A stretch of 64,000 nucleotides of DNA from positions 2,976,001 through 3,040,000 of the forward strand of contig CATQHZ020000001.1 of the NCBI GenBank assembly GCA_958296135.2, given 5' to 3'. Shown in pieces: positions 18,236-28,359 of the stretch (position 1 is the stretch's first letter; each line of letters opens with the position of its first letter). This stretch comes from an uncultured Poribacteria bacterium (GTDB taxonomy: Bacteria; Poribacteria; WGA-4E; WGA-3G). The notes under the pieces were generated by a model. It searched no databases. It had not been told where the DNA came from and was given only the letters and a program-made list of their open reading frames with translations. The translations under genes and the position numbers were made by a program.

Positions 18236-19558
18236 CTACGGCGTATACCGCGCCCGGTCTGTATTTCCGCCGTATTTGAGCGTGTAAATCAGCAGATTTG
18301 ACATAAACCGATAGACATCTGTCGAACGGCGGAGACGGAGCATCGTGCGGCTCTCAATCTCCGCCGTTTCCATTGCACATAGATAGTCCTTGCGGTTATA
18401 GACAACCGCCACCCGCTTGCCGATGATAATCCCTTTCTGATAACGGAACTGCGTTGGCTGCGCGTTGTTTTCATTGCCCCAAAACACGTCGCCGCCTGTC
18501 GGCGGTTTTGGGAGATGATAGTGGATGCGATAGAGTTCATGCTCATGCGGAATGATTTCAAGCGGGTACTCTGGAAAAATCTGGTTGAGTTCATCTGCGA
18601 CGATATTCGCGAACAGCCCGTTAAACCCGCAGTCGTCAAAAAAGAGTGTGCCGCCTCTCTCAAGGATATATTTTCGGAGAGCCGCTCGCTCAGTTGGCGT
18701 AAACCCAGTCGTCAAAGGTCCGTCCTTCGCAAGCGCGCGTCCGACGGTAATATCCTTGTCATGTCCTGTCATGATGATGAGCGGTGCGTCCATAATTTTC
18801 GTATCCGTGAGCGGTAAGGCTCCGCCTTCAAAACTCATATCTGCTCGAATGGGGGTGTGTGCCGCTAGCCATTTTGTCAACGCCGGGATTGCAGTCGGAT
18901 CTTGCCACCAATCCGAGAGGGAATGTTTAAGCCGAATCAGCCGAATGTAGCCGCGGAGTTCCTTCCCTTTGCCTTCGAGAATCCCGCCGAGTTGTCCTGC
19001 CGGCACTTTCACCGGAAAGGTGGCGGTATCAAACCCCTCTCCTAAACTTCGCGAAGGTAAGCCTCCCTCAAGAAACGCCGTGAGATTCGATGTGGTTTTC
19101 CCTGTGACAGGCGCGACCGGCGGCGCGCTTTTTTCTATGCGAGGGGCACTCTCCGGGGGTGTTGCACCGATAGACGCAGGAACAGTTGTCCCTGCAACTG
19201 GCGCAGCAGGTCCTGTTCCTTCTGTCGTAATCGACACGTCGGCGGGGTTTAACGCGGCGGCGTTGAATTCTGGTACTGGAGAGCGCACTTGCGTCTGACT
19301 GCGTGGAAGTTGATGCATGGCAGTAGGGTTCAATCGAGACTGGGGGGGCTCTCCTACAGGTGGATTGGGAGAGAGGAGCGTTCGGTGTGTTGGCCGGATA
19401 TCCATGTTCGTCCGGGCGCGAGTGACCTTGACAAATTCCGCTTCAAACGCATCCTCGTTCACCTCCGGCTGTTGGGATAACATCAGGGCGGCGATGAAGG
19501 CGAAGAGGAGGTGCAGTCCGATTGAGGCGAGCACGGCTCGGTAACGTTGGTGTTTCAT
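18236..19558 (-). CDS. Membrane-anchored DUF4159 domain protein
   Basis: N-terminal TM (SIGLHLLF), Pro-rich linker, ALRKYILERGGTLFFDDC. Confidence 0.7.
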   Translation of the reverse strand: MKHQRYRAVLASIGLHLLFAFIAALMLSQQPEVNEDAFEAEFVKVTRARTNMDIRPTHRTLLSPNPPVGEPPQSRLNPTAMHQLPRSQTQVRSPVPEFNAAALNPADVSITTEGTGPAAPVAGTTVPASIGATPPESAPRIEKSAPPVAPVTGKTTSNLTAFLEGGLPSRSLGEGFDTATFPVKVPAGQLGGILEGKGKELRGYIRLIRLKHSLSDWWQDPTAIPALTKWLAAHTPIRADMSFEGGALPLTDTKIMDAPLIIMTGHDKDITVGRALAKDGPLTTGFTPTERAALRKYILERGGTLFFDDCGFNGLFANIVADELNQIFPEYPLEIIPHEHELYRIHYHLPKPPTGGDVFWGNENNAQPTQFRYQKGIIIGKRVAVVYNRKDYLCAMETAEIESRTMLRLRRSTDVYRFMSNLLIYTLKYGGNTDRARYTP

Positions 19559-19660
19559 TTTTTCGTCTTAGCGCAAAGCGTTTGATAACGTCTGCTGTGC
19601 AATGACGTTTCTCTCCGTAGGTGCGCATGCGCCGTTGTTGCATGCTGCGTGCTTTATACC

Positions 19661-19767
19661 GTAGCGCGGGGGGCCGGCAGTCACTAACTGCCGAGGGTTG
19701 CAGTCACTAACTGCCGAGGGTTTCCCCCGCGAAGCCCGCGGCGAGCGACAGGTTTCCCTCGCCCTAC
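19661..19767. repeat. REP doublet with an internal 23-bp tandem duplication
   Basis: GTAGCGCGGGGG...CCCCCGCGA enclosing GCAGTCACTAACTGCCGAGGGTT x2, followed by an inverted REP ending CCCTAC. Confidence 0.7.
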
Positions 19768-19788
19768 GTGCCGTGGACAGCTATGGAA

Positions 19789-20340
19789 TTAAAGATGCCG
19801 TTGGATGAGTTGAAAACTGGGCGCATCCAACTTCTGATAATCGGGGATATCGTATCGGTTGCCGCGGACATCCGTGATGAAGAGCCGCGCGGGCGGCACC
19901 TGCTTGACGTTCTGGTTCAACCCGCGCACGGAGAACGTCACGCGCCCGCGCGCTGTCTTCACCTCCCATTCATGGATGCCGAACTGCTCTTTCACCCGAT
20001 AAATCTTCTCGATGACCGGGGTGAAGTAGCGTCGGTGGAGTTCTTCATTGAGGATGCGCCGACTTTCCGCATCCAATTGCGCGGGTTCAACGAGAATGCC
20101 GAGCTCGGTATCCTCATCGGCGGCGAGTGAAATATACCTTTCCGGATTGCTGAGCGGCATGAGCCGACGCGCGATGACGCGTAGGTGACACACCTCTCCC
20201 TGAATCTCAAGGCGCGGCGTGCCTACCGGTGAACGCGTCAACCTGAGCTTCGCTGCGTCCAAATAGCGCGGCGTGAAGTCATCGGCGGTGGGCATTTCCT
20301 GCGCGGTTTCTACGGCGACGATTTTGTCTGAGTTTTCCAT
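19789..20340 (-). CDS. DUF1854 domain protein
   Basis: RLMPLSNPERYISL, ELHRRYFTPVI, WEVKTARG, ITDVRGNRYDIPD; adjacent to the ABC transporter as is typical for this family. Confidence 0.8.
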   Translation of the reverse strand: MENSDKIVAVETAQEMPTADDFTPRYLDAAKLRLTRSPVGTPRLEIQGEVCHLRVIARRLMPLSNPERYISLAADEDTELGILVEPAQLDAESRRILNEELHRRYFTPVIEKIYRVKEQFGIHEWEVKTARGRVTFSVRGLNQNVKQVPPARLFITDVRGNRYDIPDYQKLDAPSFQLIQRHL

Positions 20341-20406
20341 AATTATTATTGATAAAGCGTCTGGTAGGCGCGGTTTCAAATCGCGCCTACCGGTGGGGTG
20401 TCCAGT

Positions 20407-22743
20407 CTACCTCTCTACGGCTTGTGCCGCTGCGCGGATATTCGCTGCTTCCCGCTGCGTTTCGACCAGCTTGTAGTAGATACCCTTTTCTGCCATCAGT
20501 TCTTCGTGAGAGCCGCACTCCACGCCGCGTCCCTTCTCAATCACGAAAAGCCTGTTGGCATTCCGCAGTGTGGAGAGTCGGTGGGCGATTGCAAAAGTGG
20601 TGCGGTTTTTCACAAGTCTGTCGATTGCCTGCTGGATTTTCTTCTCCGTTTCAACATCCACCGATGACGTGGCTTCGTCAAGGATGAGGATGCGCGGGTT
20701 GTGCAAGATGGCACGCGCTATCGAGATACGCTGTCGTTCGCCGCCGGAGAGGCGGCCGCCGCGTTCTCCGACTTCAGTGTCGTATCCATCGGGGAATTTG
20801 ACGATGAATTCGTGTGCGTTAGCCGCTTTCGCCGCGGTGAGAATCTCCTCCATCGTGGCATCGGGGTGCGCGTAGGCGATGTTCTCGGCGATGGTGCCGC
20901 TGAACAGATAAGGTTCTTGCAGCACTACCCCGATTTGTCTCCGAAGATCGCCGAGTTGAATTTTCTCAATTTCTACGCCATCGATTTCTAAGCGTCCGGC
21001 ATCCGGCGTATAGAACCGGCAGATCAGATTAATCAGCGTCGATTTCCCGGCCCCGGAATGCCCGACGAGCCCTATCATTTCCCCCGGCTTAACGTGGAGG
21101 TTAATATCCTTCAACACCGGCTTATGCGAGTCGTAGCCGAACGTCATATTGTGAAACCGCACTTCGCCGGTGATGTTCGGCATCGCCTCCAATGTGCCAT
21201 CGTCTAGCTGTTCCGGCGGGGAGTCGATTACCTCGAAGAGGCGTTCCGCCGCTGTCATGGCGCGGGATGCATAGTTGATGAGTGGGCTGATATAACGGAG
21301 CGGCTCATAAAACATCATTAAGTAACTTTGAAACGCCATTAGCGTGCCGAGTGTCATCGTGCCGCCAAGGATATCTAACCCGCCGACGTACCAGATGATG
21401 AGCGTGCCGAGCTGCACGGCGAACATCAGCGGCGGGTAGTAGGTTGCCCAGATAAGTTCTGCGTGTGTTTCGTAATCGCGCGCGTCGATGTTGGAGGCAT
21501 CGAACCGTTCCACCTCGTCGCGCTGTCTGCCGAAGGCGCGCACGACGCGGATACCAGAGACAGAGTCGTTGACTACGTCAAAAAGTTTCGATCTGCGCCG
21601 CCAAGCGCGGTGCCATAAGCTGTGCACCATCTTCCAAAACCATCCCGCGCCCAAGACGATGATAGGAATGGGAATCAGGATGAAGCAGGCGAGTTTCCAA
21701 TTCATCAAAAATAGCACAGCACCGATGCCGAAAAACTTTAAGAATTCGACAGCGAGAAAGGACAGCCCATCTAACAAGAAATCCTGGAGTCGTTCACTGT
21801 CCTCTGTGACATGCGAGATGACTGTGCCGGTTTTGCGCTTATCAAAGAACCGAATGGAGAGGTTGTGCAGATGCTGGTAGACGTGCGCCCGAATTTTTGC
21901 AGCGACGCGGAACGTCAGCCACGCACCCAACCGTTGTTGGAAGATGGTGACAATCCCGCTGATAACCATGGTCGCGAGCAGACAGCCAGCTGCAATAGCG
22001 AGGGCTGTTGTCACAGGCTGAATTGAACGAAACAGTGTGCCGAGCCGTGTCTCCGAGGGAACTTGCGCCGCTGCCGCCGCTTCGTTCAATCTCAGAATGT
22101 CGTCTATCAGGATGCGGGTGAAGTAAGGCGGCACGAGCGAGATCAGCGTGCCGACAATCACGAAACTGATGAAAAAGAGTGCCTTCGTGCGATACGGTTT
22201 GAGATATGTCAATATGCGCAGCATCACCTTATGTTTTTTGGTGCATGCCGGGCAGGGCGAAAATTCATCAGGCAGCAGTAACCCGCAGGATGCGCAGACC
22301 TGTTCTTCAACTTTATAGTCCCATATCGGTGCTTCGTCGCGTTTTCCGTCTCGGTGTTCAATTTCGTCGCCGATGAAGCGGGCCACGAAGCCGAACTTCG
22401 CCGCGCACCCGTTGGAATACCGAATCAGATCGACGGTGCCCTCGCGGGATTCTAACACCAGAACCCCCGCGTCTATCACCACTTCGGCGCGGATGCCAAG
22501 CACATTTTTATACGGGATGAAGTGTATCACAGTGCCATTACCGGCGACGGTAAAAACCGCCGCGTCTGTCATGACAAACCACTCCTCGCCGAAAACGCCT
22601 GAGGAACTGACATCGCTTCGGACAGCGAACCGAATCTGATCAAACCGAATCTCGAGGCTCTTCAGCGTTTTATCAATAAATGGGGGCAATTCGTCAATCG
22701 TGCCCCGCTGCGGTTCTGTTCTTTCGTTCTGCTCTTCGGACAT
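20407..22743 (-). CDS. ABC transporter fused permease/ATP-binding protein (DUF1854-associated type)
   Basis: TM domain, GHSGAGKST, LSGGERQR, ILDEATS, IAHRLST. Confidence 0.9.
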   Translation of the reverse strand: MSEEQNERTEPQRGTIDELPPFIDKTLKSLEIRFDQIRFAVRSDVSSSGVFGEEWFVMTDAAVFTVAGNGTVIHFIPYKNVLGIRAEVVIDAGVLVLESREGTVDLIRYSNGCAAKFGFVARFIGDEIEHRDGKRDEAPIWDYKVEEQVCASCGLLLPDEFSPCPACTKKHKVMLRILTYLKPYRTKALFFISFVIVGTLISLVPPYFTRILIDDILRLNEAAAAAQVPSETRLGTLFRSIQPVTTALAIAAGCLLATMVISGIVTIFQQRLGAWLTFRVAAKIRAHVYQHLHNLSIRFFDKRKTGTVISHVTEDSERLQDFLLDGLSFLAVEFLKFFGIGAVLFLMNWKLACFILIPIPIIVLGAGWFWKMVHSLWHRAWRRRSKLFDVVNDSVSGIRVVRAFGRQRDEVERFDASNIDARDYETHAELIWATYYPPLMFAVQLGTLIIWYVGGLDILGGTMTLGTLMAFQSYLMMFYEPLRYISPLINYASRAMTAAERLFEVIDSPPEQLDDGTLEAMPNITGEVRFHNMTFGYDSHKPVLKDINLHVKPGEMIGLVGHSGAGKSTLINLICRFYTPDAGRLEIDGVEIEKIQLGDLRRQIGVVLQEPYLFSGTIAENIAYAHPDATMEEILTAAKAANAHEFIVKFPDGYDTEVGERGGRLSGGERQRISIARAILHNPRILILDEATSSVDVETEKKIQQAIDRLVKNRTTFAIAHRLSTLRNANRLFVIEKGRGVECGSHEELMAEKGIYYKLVETQREAANIRAAAQAVER

Positions 22744-22774
22744 ATATCTTTTCCTCTGTTATTTTCTTTTCCCC

Positions 22775-22948
22775 GTAGGCGAGACCTCCCGCGTCTCGAT
22801 GCACGCGCGGCGGTAGGCGAGACCTCCCGCGTCTCGATGCACGCGCGGCGGTAGGCGAGACCTCCCGCGTCTCGATGCACGCGCGGCGGTAGGAGAGACC
22901 TCCCGGTCTCGATGTGTGCGGTATCGGGACAAGGCTGTCCCGCCTACT
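22775..22948. repeat. Tandem family C REPs (4 x 38 bp) plus an inverted REP
   Basis: GTAGG(C/A)GAGACCTCCCG(C)GTCTCGAT at 22775, 22813, 22851, 22889. Confidence 0.9.
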
Positions 22949-23165
22949 GAAAATAAACGGATTTTAAACCTTTAACCCGTTTGTGGGAGTTTGATTCAAA
23001 ATTTTTTAGCAGAAAAATCGAAAACGCGTACCCCGCCCTGTCGGTATCGAGCCGTGGGAGGGCTCTCCTACCGGAATTATACCAGATTTGCTGAAATTCT
23101 GCACGGTGAAACTGACTTCCCGCGGCGTAGCAAAACGAAATCGTCCTGAATAATTCGGAAAAAAC

Positions 23166-23195
23166 TTGACAACCACGACGCGTCTATGGTATCCT
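23166..23195 (+). promoter_or_regulatory. Sigma70-like promoter, probably giving a leaderless mRNA
   Basis: TTGACA-18bp-TGgTATCCT; ATG 8 nt after the -10 box; no SD. Confidence 0.55.
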
Positions 23196-23202
23196 ATTGT
23201 GT

Positions 23203-24216
23203 ATGGAAAACAGTATTCAGACACCTTTTGACTGGGACAACTTGCCCGCAGACCGGTACGATATTGCCGCAAAGCACGCGGCGGGTGCATTTCCAAACGA
23301 TATGTTGCGCCTGCTACTCGGCACCGCCGACTTTGAAATCATGGAGCATCTTGATATAGAACTCCCGGCACTAGAGGTGCGGCGCATGGATAGTTTGACA
23401 AAAATTCGCCTTGAAGGCAAACCGATGCTCATCCATCGCGAATACCAATTGCATGATAGTTACCCCATCTCCATTGCACGCCGAATCGCCGGTTACCGGG
23501 GGCAATGCTATCAAGAGACCGAGGTGCCTATCCGTTCGTATGTTATCTATTTTCAGCCCCCGGCCGGTCGCCGGGATCCGGGCGGCTTTTTTCAAAATGT
23601 CGATGTCCCCGGCCAACGGTTCATCTCGGAATACGAAGTGATTCGGCTTTATGAACTTGAAGGTGCTCCGCTTCTAGCAGCGCGCCCGCCGGGTTTGATG
23701 CCATTTCTACCGCTGATGCAACCACCGGCCGGGGTGGATAGCGTCACGTGGCTTCGGCAGTGCGTCGCGACAACACGGCAGCTGCCGCTTGACAGGGCGA
23801 GTATCGACAACTTACTGCTGTCAACGGGGATTTTTGGCCACCTCGCCTACGACATGGAGACACTCTTCACAATTATTTCGGAGGAAGACATGAGACATGC
23901 ATCTATTTTCCAACACCTCATGCAGCAGCCGTTGGAAGAAGCACGCAAAGAAGCACGCAAAGAAGCACGCAAAGAAGCACTCCAAGAGGGGAAAGAACAA
24001 GGTAGAGTGGAGGGCGTGCGAGAAAACGCCATCCACGCCCTCATGGAGGTTTTGGACGCACGGTTCCAAGACTGTGATGTGCAAATCTTAAAGCCGACGT
24101 TTGATGCCATCACCGATTTGCAACTCCTCAATCAACTGTTGCGCACTGCCGCACAAGCATCAAACATCGATGAAGTGACTCGGACGCTGGTGCACCATCG
24201 AAACAACGGTGCCTAA
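23203..24216 (+). CDS. Rpn-family (transposase_31-like) PD-(D/E)XK nuclease with DUF4351-like C-terminus
   Basis: RRMDSL...IHREYQ, YEVIRLYE, LMPFLPL, (EARK)3, EG...EG, VLDARF. Confidence 0.75.
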   Translation: MENSIQTPFDWDNLPADRYDIAAKHAAGAFPNDMLRLLLGTADFEIMEHLDIELPALEVRRMDSLTKIRLEGKPMLIHREYQLHDSYPISIARRIAGYRGQCYQETEVPIRSYVIYFQPPAGRRDPGGFFQNVDVPGQRFISEYEVIRLYELEGAPLLAARPPGLMPFLPLMQPPAGVDSVTWLRQCVATTRQLPLDRASIDNLLLSTGIFGHLAYDMETLFTIISEEDMRHASIFQHLMQQPLEEARKEARKEARKEALQEGKEQGRVEGVRENAIHALMEVLDARFQDCDVQILKPTFDAITDLQLLNQLLRTAAQASNIDEVTRTLVHHRNNGA

Positions 24217-24840
24217 CGCCAACCCCGAACGCAACAAACCGATGGCACTCCAGCCGCAGCGTTCGGGGCATCTCAAACCGCGCCGACTCAGTCAAGTCCG
24301 CGCGAAATGGATCGGAGCCCACCATGCAACATGAATCGCTTCTCGACCTCCTCCTTGAAGAACCACTGGCAGAAGCCCGCCGTGCGGGGATTCAAGAGGG
24401 AAGAGAACTCGGCGTGCGAGAAAACGCCATCCACGCCCTCATGGCGGTCTTGGACGCACGGTTCCAAGACTGTGATGTGCAAATCTTAAAGCCGACGTTT
24501 GAGGCAATCACCGATTTGCAATTCCTCAATCAACTGTTGCGCACCGCCGCACAAGCATCAACCATCGATGAAGTGACTCGGACGCTGGTGCACCATCGAA
24601 ACAACGGTGCCTAACGCCAACCCCGAAACGCAACAAACCGATGGCACTCCAGCCGCAGCGTTCGGGGCATCTCAAACCGCGCCGACTCAGTCAAGTCCGC
24701 GCGAAATGGATCGGAGCCCACCATGCAACATGAATCGCTTCTCGACCTCCTCCTTGAAGAACCACTGGCAGAAGCCCGCCGTGCGGGGATTCAAGAGGGA
24801 AGAGAACTCGGCGCGCGAGAAAACGCCATCCACGTCCTCA
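24013..24840 (+). repeat. ~399-bp tandem duplication
   Basis: Units begin GGCG(T/C)GCGAGAAAACGCC at 24013, 24411 and 24810. Confidence 0.9.
24324..24614 (+). CDS. Free-standing Rpn C-terminal domain protein (RpnS-like), copy 1
   Basis: C-terminal two-thirds nearly identical to the Rpn C-terminus; SD GGAG. Confidence 0.7.
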   Translation: MQHESLLDLLLEEPLAEARRAGIQEGRELGVRENAIHALMAVLDARFQDCDVQILKPTFEAITDLQFLNQLLRTAAQASTIDEVTRTLVHHRNNGA

Positions 24841-25013
24841 TAGAGGTATTAGACGCACGCTTCGACGACTCGGATGTAGAGCTCTTCAAACCTATATTTG
24901 AGGCCATCACCGATGTGCAACTCCTCAAGCAGTTACATCGCACCGCCCTTCACGTCCCAACTTTTGACGACGTGATACAGACCTTGCGGAACCATCGAAA
25001 CAACGGTGCCTAA
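24723..25013 (+). CDS. Free-standing Rpn C-terminal domain protein (RpnS-like), copy 2, diverged
   Basis: Same N-terminus as copy 1, diverged core (VLIEVLDARFDDSDVELFKPIF), same HRNNGA end. Confidence 0.7.
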   Translation: MQHESLLDLLLEEPLAEARRAGIQEGRELGARENAIHVLIEVLDARFDDSDVELFKPIFEAITDVQLLKQLHRTALHVPTFDDVIQTLRNHRNNGA

Positions 25014-25118
25014 CGCCAACCCCGAAACGCGACCGTGCCACGGCGTTCGCACTCGGCGCATCTCAAACCACGCGGGCTCTGCCGAGCCCGCGCGACATGC
25101 CAAATGTTGCGGTTCGAT

Positions 25119-28100
25119 TCAAGACTTTTTTGCTTCCGCCTCGCGTTCCTCCTGCGCCTTTTTAAATTCGGCAGATGCATCCGGCAGCGGGATACCCCGC
25201 AGCTGCAGGTTCAATTGCTGCGTCGCCAATGCCGCGCTGTCATCGGGATAGCCGTGCTTTGCGGCCTCAACATCCAACTCGCAGATTGCCTTCTTCGTGC
25301 CTGCAATGCTCGGCTCGGCGGACAGCATTTCACGAAGCATCTGCATCGCTTCGTGGACAGCAGTATCCGTGATGCCGAATACCTCTGCCAGCAACTGCGC
25401 GTCAAGGATGTGTCTCCAAGCGTCCCAATGGGATTCGTTGTAGGGACGCATCCGCGCGCCCTGCAGTTCTGCCAGTATTCGATCCGCCGCGTCTAGCTGT
25501 TCTTTGGAGAGCTTGCGGACATCTAGCGTCGGAACGTTTCCCAAAGTCGTCAGTCTCAGCTGTCCCCTACCTTGCTGTTGCCTGCCTGCAGTTGTCCAAT
25601 GGCATAGCAGCCCGAATGTGGAGTTCGTCCACAATGTCCACGCAGCATCGTAGGATGAGTCCGTCAACTTCACGTTGGTAATCGACCTAATGCCTAGCGT
25701 GTGGGACTCCGTATAGGGTGCCAAGATGGAATTGGCGGAGAATCCCAACATCATGTGATAATGCGTTCGGCTATTATGCTCACGCAAAATCCGGTGTGCC
25801 TTTTCTACGTTAAACGGCTTGGTTTGCGCCTTGTAGTCTGGTACGGTTTGGATGGACCGCTGCGGTGTGATGTTCTCCGATTTGTAGATGGCATCATACC
25901 CTTCTTGCACGGCGGATTCACGTGCGTGCATCTCAAACGCGCCACGCTTACCCCTCTCCTTGATGTCCGGGTCGCTTGCCCCCACTTTCCCGACCTCGCT
26001 CAATAGACACATTGGGATTTCCAATGCGTCAGCTAAACCGGGTAACCGCAACTTTCCATAACGTAGTTGATAGGCAATCTGTCCCAACGACATTGCCTTC
26101 AAACGGGTCACTGTCCACTCGCCTTCATCAATCGGACAATCTAACGCACTCGCCACAGTTACGCTGCCAATTTTGAAAACGTCGCCACCGAGTGCCTCAT
26201 CTTCCAACCGGCGTGTAACGTGTTTGCACTGAATTTCACTCGCCAACGCTTGTGCGGCCAGTAGGCTGTCGGGACGTTCACTGAGGGATACGAATTTCGC
26301 CCTGCCGGTATTCTCGCCCACGCCTTTATCAGCGATGACCATGCACTCTGCTATACCCGTATCGGAGGAAAACGCGCTATCGTGAGCACTATTCTGCGCT
26401 ATCGTCACAACGGACACATTGTGATATTCCGTTGCCCACATCTCGCGCATTTTCTGAAACGACATAACTGTGAAAATCGATGCTGGCAAAATAAAAGCCA
26501 TCCGTCCACCGTCGCGCAACTTCAAATCGGCAAGTTCCACGAAATAGGAGTATGGGACTTTTCCATGTCCAACCCGGGTTTTCTTTTTTCCCAGTGCCTC
26601 AAGCATCAACTCCTGCTCTTCTTTACTGCGATACTGAGAACCGAACACCAGCTTCTGAGTCTTCGCATTAGTGTCCGCGCTGTTCGTCAGGAACGGAGGG
26701 TTCATGATGACGATGTCCATCTCACCGTCGGGAAACTCGCGCTTGAGTTCCGCTGTCGCTTCTTCAGTACCGCTTGCTTGCTTATCAAACGCATCTAGTG
26801 CATCAAATAGCATTTGGTTATCCAGCAGCTCTAGTGCCCCGGTCTTAAAATCGCCTTCCCCGACTTTACCACAAGGTGCTGTGATGACCCGGGTTGCGCC
26901 GAGTGTCACTTCGGGATGCGCGCTCGCCATCGCTGCGAACGTTAAGTGGGTGCAGTGTGTGAAGATGTCACAGCCTGCGAGATTATTCTCCAGCATGTGC
27001 CGATGGATGCCGACACTTGTCTCGCCTTTCCGCTCTTCCCACAGTTGCTGGATGCGTTTGTAAACGCCGTTCAGCAAGGCACCGGTGCCGCAGGCGTAAT
27101 CCGCTACTTTCGGCAGCGTTTCTAGGCTCAGTTCTTCAGGCAGGCTCGGACACGCTAGTGCCGAGATGAGCACCGCGCTCTCTGGCAATGTGTAGTTCGC
27201 CTTAACGTTCTTCCTGTCCACCAGCAGCTTTTGAAACACCTCACCCGCAAGTTCTTGGATTTGCGGGAGGTGGGACTCGAGCAGCGTGCAGGCAACATCG
27301 CACAGTTCGCGCAGCACCTTTTTCGCCATCGCCGCGTCGTAAGTAAACGCTCTGGACAGCATATCCCGCGCGCCGTAGAAAATCGGGTGGTAGTTAACTC
27401 CCAATATCGCATCCCAATCTGCCACCACCGATTTCAAATCGATGCCGTTCACTTGGTAGTAGGCAGGCGGTCGAACCGAGTTCATAAGCGGTTCCCCAGC
27501 CAGGGAGTTTTGGAACACGAATGCGTCCACAATTATCAAGCATGCTACCCGCGCCGCCTGCTCACTATATTCGCCCTGGTCTAAAATTTCCTTAAGTTCC
27601 TCGCCTATCGCGGCATTCTGGGATACGGCGTTGTGCAGGGCGCGTGCTGCGCCCTCAACGCCTTCTCGCATTTGTTTTGAGGCGGCTTGGATGCGCTCAC
27701 TCGGCACTGCGCCGACCCGGGTGGCGTTCGCCACATCCCTGAGACTGCCTGTTGCGAACCCCAAGCGCGGGAAGCGGTAATCAGTGCCTTTTGACCGGCC
27801 CACCAGCACATACTCAATGTCTTCGGCGTTAGGAAGAGCCTCCTGTAACTCCCATCTTTTCATACCGCGGAAGCGTTCGGGATACCGAATAACCATTACC
27901 GTATTCAATTCTGCACTGTTCCCGCGGAATTCGGAGATGAGCGTCTGCCCCCAGTATTTATCGCGGACAGATTGGAGTGCCTGCTCGCCGTCTCCACCCT
28001 GCCATTTTGCATCGATGCCGACTGTCTCGTGCCCGAGTCGCTTCACGACGATGTCGGGAGTCTTCGCGTTTCCATACAGCACGCTCTCTTGTTCCTCAAC

Positions 28101-28184
28101 TTCCCATCCTGCTTGGCGGGGTAACAAATGCGCCAGCACATCTACCACTGCACTCGTGACGACATTCTCTTTCTTTTGAGGCAT
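25119..28184 (-). CDS. Type IIG/IIL-like fused restriction-modification enzyme (N6-adenine MTase)
   Basis: N-terminal TPDIVV...GIDAK (PD-(D/E)XK-like), NYTLP, VADYACGTGALL, IVIMNPPF. Confidence 0.8.
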   Translation of the reverse strand: MPQKKENVVTSAVVDVLAHLLPRQAGWEVEEQESVLYGNAKTPDIVVKRLGHETVGIDAKWQGGDGEQALQSVRDKYWGQTLISEFRGNSAELNTVMVIRYPERFRGMKRWELQEALPNAEDIEYVLVGRSKGTDYRFPRLGFATGSLRDVANATRVGAVPSERIQAASKQMREGVEGAARALHNAVSQNAAIGEELKEILDQGEYSEQAARVACLIIVDAFVFQNSLAGEPLMNSVRPPAYYQVNGIDLKSVVADWDAILGVNYHPIFYGARDMLSRAFTYDAAMAKKVLRELCDVACTLLESHLPQIQELAGEVFQKLLVDRKNVKANYTLPESAVLISALACPSLPEELSLETLPKVADYACGTGALLNGVYKRIQQLWEERKGETSVGIHRHMLENNLAGCDIFTHCTHLTFAAMASAHPEVTLGATRVITAPCGKVGEGDFKTGALELLDNQMLFDALDAFDKQASGTEEATAELKREFPDGEMDIVIMNPPFLTNSADTNAKTQKLVFGSQYRSKEEQELMLEALGKKKTRVGHGKVPYSYFVELADLKLRDGGRMAFILPASIFTVMSFQKMREMWATEYHNVSVVTIAQNSAHDSAFSSDTGIAECMVIADKGVGENTGRAKFVSLSERPDSLLAAQALASEIQCKHVTRRLEDEALGGDVFKIGSVTVASALDCPIDEGEWTVTRLKAMSLGQIAYQLRYGKLRLPGLADALEIPMCLLSEVGKVGASDPDIKERGKRGAFEMHARESAVQEGYDAIYKSENITPQRSIQTVPDYKAQTKPFNVEKAHRILREHNSRTHYHMMLGFSANSILAPYTESHTLGIRSITNVKLTDSSYDAAWTLWTNSTFGLLCHWTTAGRQQQGRGQLRLTTLGNVPTLDVRKLSKEQLDAADRILAELQGARMRPYNESHWDAWRHILDAQLLAEVFGITDTAVHEAMQMLREMLSAEPSIAGTKKAICELDVEAAKHGYPDDSAALATQQLNLQLRGIPLPDASAEFKKAQEEREAEAKKS

Positions 28185-28359
28185 TCTTGAATTCTCCATC
28201 GGTTTTTGATGACATTTACGAATCAAATCGGGTTATTTCCAAAATCATCCCCTTCCCGGTAGGGCGAAGGGCTGTCCCGCGCCGTGCTACTATCTTGGGG
28301 GACAGGCTCCCGCGCCCCGGGTCAACGGGGCGGGGAAGCGCGTCTACCCAGAGCGTCCG

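Noticed and set aside
22775-22913. Mini CRISPR
   Set aside because: Pure 38-bp tandem repeat with identical linkers.
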